A DNA stretch of 20,000 nucleotides, from positions 49,260-69,259 of the forward strand of contig MEDY01000127.1 of the NCBI GenBank assembly GCA_001724265.1, given 5' to 3'. The DNA comes from Rhizaria sp. SCN 62-66. Its lineage: Eukaryota. The stretch's first letter is position 1. Every line of letters starts with the position of its first letter. The translations under genes were made by a program, and so were the position numbers. The notes under the pieces were generated by a model, which worked only from the letters and a program-made list of their open reading frames with translations, was not told the origin of the DNA and searched no databases. Of this stretch, positions 1 through 10,024 are shown piece after piece.

Positions 1-64
1 TACTGGACCCCTCGTTCTGTTCCGACTGGCTGCCGATCACAAAGCTGCTCTCTGCACCGGAAAG

Positions 65-3000
65 ATGGCCACGCATCGGTTGACTCGGGTTTTCGCCCGT
101 ATTCAGCGCGCATGCAACGCCGCAGTCCTTCCCTTTTCTCCTGCGTCTGCTCTTGCTCCTGCACATGCAGTTGCATCGACATCGACTTGTAACACACCGA
201 GTGCTGCTACTTCTTCTTCTCCTCACGCATCACCGGCACCGAGCGCTGGTGTTGTGTGCGATGTTGCGACTGCGCGCGCAATCTTTCTCGCTGCTCTTCG
301 CACCTCGCTTTCTCGCAGCGAACACGTTTCTCAAGCAACATTCAACAGTACAAGCAGTGCTGCTAACGCGGCTGCTGTGATGATTGCTGGCACTAGCGCG
401 GGCGCATTTGCAACATCTATGTTCAAGCCTAGCCATGCTGTGCTCGCCCAGTCTAAGAAGCACCAGAACAAACACAGCAACAGCAACAGCAACAGCAACA
501 ACAATAGCAACGGAAACGACTCTGATAGCAAGTCGACTCTCAACAGCGCTGCTGATGGCCAGCCGACCGCTGCCGCGAATGCCAGCGCCGCCGAGCCTCC
601 CAGCAAGCGCGCGTCTCTGGCCACTTCTGCCCGGTCGCTCTTCTCCCGCATCCAGTCCGCCGCCAACACCATGAACGAAGCCAACCCCAAGAACCCTAAG
701 AACAGCAGCAACAACAAGAGCATGGCCAGCGCTAGCTCCTCCCCTGCCGGCGCGCCTTTCGCCGACCTGCGCGAATATAAGCCGCTGTCCCCGCATCCGA
801 ACGCGGGCGCGGGCGCGGGGTCGCGGTCCGCCCACGCCCGCCACCAGCAGTTCCAGCAACAGCAGCAGGCCAAGGCGGAGGCGGCGAACCCGGTGGTGCC
901 GATGCCCAAGATGGGCTTCCCGGTCATCGGGCTCGTGCTGCTGGTGCTGGTGCCGGTGTTGCTGGCCGCCGCGCAGAGCCCTCGCGCGCAGGCGCAGTCG
1001 CCGGAGAGCTACGACAAGACGTACGGCAGCAAGGACTCGAGCAGTGAGAATGCTGTTAATGCGAGTGCGAGTGGGGGCAGCGTATATTAGGCGAACCGTC
1101 TTCCGAATAACGACGATCACACCGCGAAAGTCCCTTCAGCAAGCGCCAACAACAGTAAGAGTGTCGTATCCGTTGTCGAGAGCTCAACAACAACAACAAC
1201 AACGATCACGACGACGACGACAGTGTCCGACACTGCGACGGGGGAGACCGGTGATCTCAACAGCGGCAGCAGCAGTGACCATGAGCAGCAGCTTAGAGCG
1301 CCCCTGCACCGGACTGCCCTCAGCACATAGGCAACTAGACTCCCATTAAACTCCCACAATAACAACACTGCCAGCGATGAGGTACGTACAGTGAAGGCGC
1401 GTGCGCTGTCGCTCGCCTACTTAGCCTGTGTCGCTGCCCCCATGAAGCTGTTGGCGGCCACGGCGCGGTCGCTGCGCTTTACGATCCTCTTGATCCGCTT
1501 CCTGCCTCTCTTGGCGCTCGTCGCTGTCTGCTACGCGATTCCGCCCCCTCTTTACGACCAGTCGCACAGCGGCGCTGCGAACGAGGGCGAGCGGCGACCT
1601 AACTTTTACGAGCGGCTAACTTTATTCACCAACACGGCGCTCACGCGCGCGCTGGCCCGCAGCGGCCCCGCGTTCGTGAAGCTCGCGCAGTACGCATCGA
1701 CGCGGCCCGACGTGTTGCCACACGCGCTGTGCACGCAGCTGGGCGCGCTGCAGGACGACACGGAGCCGCACTCGTGGGCCGAGAGCGAGAAAGCGCTGGT
1801 GAGAGCGCTCGGGGAGGACTGGGAGGATGTGCTTTGTATCAGCGAGCATGATAAGCTCAAACCGGTCGGATCTGGGTGTATTGCGCAGGTCTATATGGGC
1901 AAGATGCGTTCTCCTGACAAGAAAGCGACCAAAAGCAGCATTATGACGTACAGTGCTCACCAGAACGCTGCTCACAGTCATACCTGCTCTGCTCACGGTC
2001 ACTTCGCGTCGGCCGATGCGGATAGGTTTGACTGGGATGACGTTGCGATCAAAATCATCCACCCGTCGGCACAATGGGTTCTCTCCCGTGACCTGGCCAT
2101 TGTGCGCACTATCGCACGTCTTGCATGCTATATCCCGCCGCTGCGGGATTTTTTTGCACTGATGCCGCCCTTGCAGCTCGTGCACGAGTTCGAGCTGCTG
2201 ATGTAGTGCCAGCTTGATTTGCGGCACGAGGCCGAGAACATCAACATGATGCGGCTTAATTTCGGGCTTGATACCCCGCAGTCACTGCAACTCCGCAGCA
2301 AGGGGTACATCACCAGCAACAGTAGTAGTGGTCTCCGCAATAGTGTTAATGCTCCTCCTAAGTCCCGCTCCTCGTCGCTGACTGCTTCTGCAGCCTCTAC
2401 AGCTCACGGTCATCAGAGCGGGCAACAGGCACCTTCGCCCGAGGCTGGCTATGTGTTCAGCCCCGTGCGCGCCATCGTACAACACCCGTCGTCTCCGTTC
2501 AGCATCGAGTTCCCTTCTGTCTACACGGCCACGCCCAGTGTGTTGGTGGAGCGGTTTCACTGGGGACTGCCGGCGTCGCACCTCATCGCGTCCACGCTGA
2601 GTGACCGTGAGCTGGAAGAGCACGCGACGGACTATGAGCAACAGAAGCTCGGTTTGAACAGTGGCAGTGGCAATATTAGTGGCAGCGACGCGAATAAGAA
2701 GATCGATGCCAGCAGGGCGCAGGAAGTTAAGCCGCCGTCGACAACGTCGTTGCAACACCTGCTGTTGCGTAACATGACGGTACAACAGCGCGAGACCGTT
2801 GCGAAAGAGGTTGCTGCCACCGGTCTCAACGCGTTTCTGCTGATGCTATTCCGCCACGGGTATTTCCACGCTGACTTGCACCCCGGCAACATCATCATCG
2901 ATCTCGGATATGACTGGCCACCACCTTGCACGGTCACTGTGCGTAACAGCAGCGAAACCCACAGTCAGTGCAGCGAATGCGCCCACAGCAGCCGCCCCGC

Positions 3001-4249
3001 TGCCACCCGTGGCGCTCACAGGCACTACGACACGGCGACGGTGACGTCTGCGACTGAAAGCGACATTAGCAGTTGTCTCGACGCGTTGGCTACGGTGCAT
3101 GTGTCAGACGACGCAGCTGCTGCCAGCGCAAAGCAAGCGAACCAAGAGCAGCTACACTACGTCAACACCATTCTTCACAGCAACAACACGGTCACAGACT
3201 TTCGCAGTAGCAACGGCAACAACGATACTGCAATTGATAACGTGAGTGTTCGCCCTGTGGCTACTGCAATCAAGGCATCTGTGTCATCTGTGCTGTCATC
3301 TCTCTCACAGACAGTTGCTGCGGCACTCTGTGAGAACAGCGTTTACAGGCAGTTCTACAACAGCATGGCTTGCAACGCGCCGTCGCTCACCCTCAAGCTC
3401 GGCCTGCCTACGCCGACCTCGACCTCAAACAACGATGACACGCCTGCGGACACCAGCGGCGGCTTAACTTCGACCACGGTTGATGCTCTCGTCTTCGAGC
3501 CAGCGTTGCCGTTCGCCCCGTTGACAATGTTCCCATCCACCGTGTTCCAAGCCTTACACCCAAACGACTCGCGCTTACACGAGGCCTTTGCCGCCGACCA
3601 CCCCTTAGCGTACCAGGCGTGGTACTTAGCCCACGGTCTCCCGCTGCCCCCGCGCCAGCCGCGGCTCATTCTCATCGACGCCGGCATGACAACCCCTCTG
3701 CTCGACAGCGAAATGGTCAACTTCCGCGACTTGTTCTATGCTGTTGCGCTGGGCAGGGGCAAGGAGGCCGCGGAGATGATGGTCGACCGCGCCCCCACGC
3801 GGCCTAACTTACCGCCACGGAGCCCGGAGTCGCGACAGCAGTTTGTCGACACGGTCTCGGCGTTGATCGACAAGGCCGCCAGCGCGGGGTTCAAGCTCTC
3901 CTCCCTCGGCGTGGTCGAGACGCTGCAGGGCCTTGTCACCGCTGCCAGGACGCACCTCGTGCCGCTGGATCCGGCGTTTCTCTCTGTCATCGTCGCTGTG
4001 ACGGTGACCGAAGGCGTCGGCCGCTCGCTCGACCCCAACGTCGACATCGTGACGCCGGCGATCACTGTCGTGGCCAAAGCGAGGATTGATGAGCTGTTGG
4101 CGCAGCAGACGTGCAACTTAAGCCGCCTGAAGAGGCTTGGCGGCATGGCGGGATATAACACGAGCACTGTCGAGGGCGCTCTTGCAGAGACCGCGGCGGA
4201 CGCCACTGTGGGGGTTGAATCTCCCGCAGCTGAGAAGAAGACTGAGTGA
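65..4249 (+). CDS. ABC1/UbiB (aarF-domain) atypical protein kinase, ADCK2/Cqd1-like; 1394 aa if the three in-frame TAG codons (1088-1090, 1328-1330, 2204-2206) are read as sense
   Basis: ORF-track pieces 65..1090, 1391..2206 and 2219..4249 share one frame, and the gaps translate openly apart from TAG. UbiB motifs occur in order: GPAFVKLAQYASTRPD, PVGSGCIAQVY, VAIKIIHP, EFELLM*CQLDLRHEAENI, FHADLHPGNI, LILIDAGM, EGVGRSLDPNVDI. The Arg/Ala/Ser-rich, acid-poor N-terminus resembles a mitochondrial presequence. Ends TGA 4247-4249. The kinase call is firm; the exact start at 65 is less so. Confidence 0.88.
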
Positions 4250-4393
4250 CGGATTAACGATCAACCGCCTGTAATTTATTCAACGAATCTTCATAATTTA
4301 TTCTGTAACGTCATATTGTTATGATATCAATATGAATACACACTATATAGCTTATCTTCCTGAAGTAAATCTTTTGTCAAGTACCCAACATGA

Positions 4394-7300
4394 TCAAATC
4401 CTCTGCTGCTACTGCTGCTGTACCTTTTGCTGTTGGCGCTTCTTGTCTTCCTCAACGATTGCAGCCCACTTGGCCAGCCTCGCCGCCTCCGCAGCAGCCT
4501 CTGCCGCTTGCTTCGTGCCCTGCCCATGCTTGGTGACTGCTGCCGCTGCCGCCGCCGCCGCTGTTGCAGCAGCTGTGGCAGCTGGCGCAGTACCGCGTGT
4601 TGAAGAAGAGCCTCTGACGCTGGTGCTGCTGCTGATGTTGCGTCCAACAATTTCATCATCATCGCTCACGTCAATCTGTTGTGTCGGATCAAAGTCAAGC
4701 CGCATATTGACATTTACCTTATTTCTCGGCACACGAGTCTGCGCGTTGTTGTTGTGACTCGACTGGGACTGTGTCAGCGACTGAGTCTGAGACTGCGGCG
4801 ACTGCCCGTGCGACAGCGCATGCAGCGCCTGCGCCCTGGCCGCCGCCCCCGCCGCCGCAGCAGCGGCCCCCTTGGCGCTGGCTTCCGTCGCGGCCGCCGC
4901 CGAGGGGCGCACGGCGGGCCTCGCGGTGCCGTCATTGCCCGAACCGACCTTGAACGGTGCCGTCGCGTGGCGGTTGCTCGTCCCGCAGCCGCAGTGCACG
5001 CCGAGAGTCGTGTGCGTGAGGTGAGCGGTGCAGTCGCGCGTATGAGTCACAGCGTCCGTGCCGTCGTTATGTGGAGACGCATCATCAGGAGTTTGCATCG
5101 GACCCTCGGCATCATCACAGGAGTTGTGAACGTGCTTGGCGTTGTGCGTGGATGTGGGTGAGCTAGGGTTCACATTCGGAACGAAGCCGGCTTGACTTGC
5201 GATATACTGCTGCCGCTTCAACCGCGCTTCAGCCTCCGCAAGCGTTTGCCTCAGCATCACTTGCCTTCCTGTCTCACCAGTGTGCGCACCGACAAACGCA
5301 CCGCGCGCCCGCGCCCGCGACGGCGACGACAGAGCGAGCGCGGACGGCGCCGCAGCGGGCGCGGCGGCCTCGGTGGCGGCGGCCGGAAGCGGCACAGGGC
5401 CGTTGCTGTTCGTGCAGTTGGTCGCAACGACAACAGTGTTGCTTTTGTTCTCATTGCTGGTGCTTTGCGTGACGTGGAAAGGCGGCGTTTGAAGCGGAAT
5501 TGTGCGCGTTGTCGCAAGACGATCGCGCAAAGTTAAACCGCAATTATTGTTGTTCACGGAAGCAACAAGCGCAGCGGCTTCAGTGGACAAGCCAGCTGAT
5601 GAGCCATTGTTGCACGAGTTGCGGTGCAGGAGAGATGCCAGCAAAGCGTCGTCGTCCTCCTTGCTGTATTCATCATGGCTGCCGCTATAACCATCAGAGC
5701 TCGGATCATAGTCGTCGACCGCGTCAGCGTCATGCATCCTGTTGCCCGCGTTCGCATTGTTCGCATTAGCATCACTCTGCGACTGCGACTGTGCGAGCAC
5801 ATGCGAGTGCGATTGTGAGTTTGCACCTTGTTGCTGCTGATGCTGTTGCTGTTGCTGTTGCTGGAGCGAAAGTAGCGAATGGGGCGTATGCGTGAAACTG
5901 ACAATTAACCCACCATGCACCAGCACAGTCCCGACATTGGCTACACCAGCCACCACAACCCCAGGCGCAGTCTGCTGCCGTTGCCGCTGCTGGTTCTGGT
6001 TCAGATTCGACATGATGAGCTTCCTGGTTAGCCTCGCAACTGTAATCGCTTGGCTCGACTCGACGCTCGGCGTTACTTGCGACGGACCCCGGATCACGCG
6101 CACAGGCGCATCGCCGGGCGCGGCTTGACTTAAATCATACTAGCTGCACTGCTGCTGCTGGTGATGGGGGTTGCGCACGAGAGGAAACTTAGCGCGGGGG
6201 TACTTGCACGTGACAGCAGGCGCGGTGTTCACATTCGATGTCGCGCTTCGAGAGCTCTCACCACCGGGGTTCTGCTGCTGATGATCGAGATCATCGTGAT
6301 CGCTATCGTGTGCGTTCTCACCTCGGTCAAGCGGCCCACGCCAGAGCAGGCCCTGTCGGGCATCAGCGCTGGCCTGCGCTAAATCGCCCCACCACTGACC
6401 CTCGGTGCTGTTCTCGGTCTTCGCCACCGTCTCGGCGGCGTACAAATCCTATCCGCTACTGTTGCCTTGAAGAGGGTTCACAAAGTATCCGCCAGTGCTA
6501 GCGCTGCTGTTGCCAACACGGTGTGATTTGGTGCGCTTGATCAGCGCGGGCTCCGGCCTCGCCCGCGGCACCTTGGCCGGCATCGGCTTGGCCGTTGCTC
6601 CCGCCAGGTCCGGCCCGTACACCGCCGACATCGCAGTCGCGGGCCCTGGCCCCAGAGACGACTCCGCGAGCGGATGGCTCGCCCAGTCGATCGGGAACAC
6701 CACCGACGCCGCGGGGACCGTGCCGGCACTCGCGGACACCGGCGGCATCGCAAGCCCCTCCGCAGACACGTGGGATTGGGAGCCAGGAAACGTGTGAGTC
6801 ATCGGTACCGGTGCCGTGCGTTCTAGAACAGCCTCGCGCGCCATGGCGGCGACGCGTGCGCCCGCGATTTGCCTGCGGTTGCGGCCTGTGGCAGCCACCC
6901 GCACGCCGAGGCTCAGCGCCTGCGCGCCTTTGCCGGCCGCGGCCGGGCTGCTGAGGCTGCTGGCCGCGGCGATGAGATGACGCGTGTTGGCGCGCGCCGT
7001 CATCGATAGCGACGAGGCGTGGTTGCTGAGCGCGGCGCCGGAGCAGTCGCTCGCGACGGCCGGGTTGCTGTAGCTGCGGACGTCGTTCGCGCGAGTGCCC
7101 GCGCCGCGGCTCGTCTGGGCGCGTGCAATACAGGCGGCCGTTTTGTGATTGTGATTGTCGTTGTTGTTGATGTTCGAGTTGGGGTTTGCTGCGAGTGCGC
7201 CGTGGTTGGGGACAGCGGCGGCAGTGGCGACACCGCATCCTACGCCGACGCCGGCAGCGGCGGCCCTGTCCAGCAGCGGAGCAATGTCCCTGCGGAGACG

Positions 7301-7966
7301 CAGGATGCGGCTCTCTTGCACTTGCCGCAGACCGGCCGCGACCGACTGCGCGGGCATCACGTACGGCGACTGCGACTGAGACGGAGACAGAGCGGAACGA
7401 GGCGTTGATTTGATGTGCGAGGCGGGCGAGTGAAAGTACCCTGAGCCGTCCAAGTACCCTTGCTGGTACGCAGTCGCTGTCGCAGTCATACTGTTGGCGT
7501 TGACGTTGGAGTTGGAGTTGGCGTGTTGGGGGACAGGAAGCGGGATGCCAAGTCGGTCATGAGCCCACTGCGGCATCGCGGCGGCGATGGAGCCGGGCGG
7601 CAGCAGGACCATTGACTGCTGGGTGCGGAATAGCGCGTCATTGTCGTCAGCGCTATCACCTACGGATAGAGATGATGAAGGGTACTCGTCGTTGATGAAG
7701 CGAACGGTCGATGCGTTGGCACTCGAAGTCGGGTAACCGGCAGAAGCAGCACTGCCAGCGGCCGGGGCGAGGGCAGGACCGTAAGCCCGCGGCCTATAAG
7801 GCGATGAAGATACGTTAGACGGTAGAATCATCGACCCCGTAGAGCGAAGAGCCGATGGCATAGTGACGCTATGCGCGGAGGTGTGGGGAGCTGAGGCCAT
7901 CGCAGCAGGTCCAGACGCGAAGGCCATGCCGCTCGGTCGCGAGCGAGCACTGTCGCTAGATGACAT
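4394..7966 (-). CDS. Hypothetical low-complexity (A/S/Q/N/H-rich) protein; 1190 aa if the three in-frame TAG codons (6449-6451, 6140-6142, 4409-4411) are read as sense
   Basis: ORF-track pieces 6449..7966, 6140..6445 and 4409..6103 share one frame and are separated only by TAG. ATG at 7966-7964 follows an AT-rich spacer with an in-frame TAA. The C-terminus QQQKVQQQ*QQRI ends at TGA 4396-4394, where composition turns AT-rich. No domain recognised. Confidence 0.75.
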
Positions 7967-9783
7967 TATGAGGAGCTATTAAAAAAGGAAATAATACAAC
8001 TATAACAAAAGGATCGGGAAAAGAGCGGGCAGTGAGTTTGACGATGCCGTTGATTCAATCCAGAACGGTTTCTTCCCTCCATCGCTCAGGCTTCATCTCC
8101 AAGCCACAGTGCAGCAGCGAGGCATAGACAATTAAGAGTATTTCTCATAATGGCAAACGACTGGAAAAATGCCGGCAAGATATGGAATTTGGGATGTGTA
8201 TTTGAAGAAGAATATATTAACTGGATAACGGGCGCGATACTATTCCCACGGGGATTCTTTGTCGTAGAGACAGCACGCTTTAGATTGAAACGAAACAAAA
8301 TGGAGGAAGGTTTGCACGAATGCCAGATCGACACGGACACAGAGACTAGTTCAGCTTGAATTATCTAGCGCCTGTGGTGAGACTGCCATGCTTGCAAGAA
8401 GATGGTGATCGAATCCCCAAACGAAGAGACAACAAAGTGACTGAAGCAGACGTCACATCGCACACTTTGCAGACGAAAACGACCCACACAGGAGGCGGTC
8501 GCGTTATCGTGCTCAGCTGCGATGTCGCGTCATGCGTGTCTTTGTGATGGTTGTGTAGAGGGCCAATAAATAACAGTTCAAAGCTCAGATGAGCCTTGGC
8601 AGCGAACCCTGTACACAGGCTCAACAAGAGACACACTCGTTTTGTGACAAACAGCGATCAAAGCAGCGAAAGCAAGCAACGGCTCAAATCAGGGAGTCAG
8701 TTTACGATCAGTAATAGTGACATTACTTTGCAACATCACCAAAGATATATGCAACATGTCAAAGAACAGAATACTGTGGCAGATGTACTGATATCCTGAC
8801 GGTACGCTTGGTTGCTGGCACTGGCTTGTTGTCACGCAGTCGCACGGTGGTGGAGCTAGGACTGCTTTAGTAGTATTATTAACGGTGCCACTGGCTTAAT
8901 TAACTGTAGTAGCAGTGACGTTCGCGCCAGGAGGCAGTGGTTGCGTTGTTTGTTGTGTGAAGTTACATTAGATCCATTAATGGTTGATAGTGCGTCAGAG
9001 CGCATGAGAGGCGAATGGTGGAGGGGAGAGAGATAAATAAGACGGTCGGTGTGAATTATCTGCAAAAGGGAAAGTGAAAGCAAACAGTATAGCGCAAGGA
9101 AAGGAGTGTGTTGTTGTGACTGGTGAGCTGTGCTGTTCTGTTGTCATGCCTTGCTGTGTTTGCGATGTGTAGGTTGTGTTTCGTGATAGTTTCATCGTAG
9201 TCGCCGTTGTTGTTGTTGTTGTTGCTCCTCCGTTGAGATATTGTTGCTGCTTCTCGTGCCACTGGTAATGCTGCTACTGATGCGAAAGCGCGTGTGCAAG
9301 TGTTGGTGTTACTTTCCGTTTGTGTGGTGCGTGATCGTCTTTGTTGCGACTGAGGTTTGGAAAACTGGCATCGTAGTGCTTCTTACTAAACTTGCGTTTG
9401 TTCACGTTTTGCGTTGTGCATACTGGTATCGCATAGATTCGGCTCCACTTTTAATCTCATGAGGAATTGCTACATCAAACACCAATCACCAAGCATTAGG
9501 AGCATGACAACATCCGAAGCAGCGTCAGCAGAAACACGAATCACGACGAACACAGGAGTACCACAACAATACGGAGACAAACAAACACACACGCACAAAG
9601 CTCAGCAACAGAAGCAACACCAGCAGCAGCGACACGAGAAGAGTTCAACAACAACGAGCCAACAAACACCGAAGCAGACGACGACAAGACTAACACAAAG
9701 CACGCACGTACACATCAGGCGACACGAGTACTGACACAACAGCACCCCTGATAGCTACTGAGAGCGATATCAGGAGCAGCAAT

Positions 9784-9785
<2 letters not shown>

Positions 9786-9836
<51 letters not shown>
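9786..9836 (+). repeat. (CAG)17 / (CTG)17 trinucleotide microsatellite
   Basis: 17 perfect CAG units counted directly, preceded by CAG GAG CAG CAA TAG and followed by CAA. Confidence 0.97.
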
Positions 9837-9839
<3 letters not shown>

Positions 9840-10024
9840 GTCACAACAGTGGCGACACCAGCGACGCCAGTGACACATGATAGAAATATAGATAGACAGA
9901 GATAGGTAACACGCAGGACCGCACGCGCGCGAATGCGAGTGCGCAAGTGCAAGTGATGCGGCTATACAGCAGCGACACACCGCGGCAAGTTAACACATCG
10001 CATTCATAGCTCATACCAAGCGCT

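Noticed and set aside
1021-1391. Introns removing the TAGs at 1088 and 1328 (GTACGG at 1021, GTATATTAG at 1082, GTACGTACAG at 1382)
   Set aside because: 1021-1090 (70 nt) and 1021-1330 (310 nt) would shift the frame, and the 9-10 nt GT..AG segments are too short. The region lacks the T-rich composition of the real introns here, and splicing cannot explain the TAG at 2204.
230-4206. Minus-strand ORFs overlapping the ABC1 gene
   Set aside because: Antisense shadows with no recognisable motifs.
1088-6451. Programmed readthrough, pyrrolysine, or A-to-I editing (UAG to Trp) as the explanation for the TAGs
   Set aside because: The 3' contexts are heterogeneous (GCG, GCA, TGC, GAT, TAT, CAG) with no shared readthrough motif, and three leaky stops per gene would nearly abolish the product. 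Pyrrolysine is not known in eukaryotes. Trp is implausible within a poly-Gln run. Editing still needs RNA data to be formally excluded.
65-7966. Both TAG-containing genes as pseudogenes or assembly errors
   Set aside because: All six lesions are the same codon, there are no frameshifts or internal TAA/TGA over ~2580 codons, and the kinase catalytic motifs are intact. Disfavoured, though raw reads are needed to exclude it fully.
8150-8799. Short + strand ORFs (8150-8359, 8356-8547, 8596-8799)
   Set aside because: Short, without the codon bias of the real genes, no recognisable motifs, and they end in TGA so TAG readthrough does not join them.
9690-9980. Poly-Leu and poly-Cys ORFs
   Set aside because: Translation artefacts of the CTG microsatellite.
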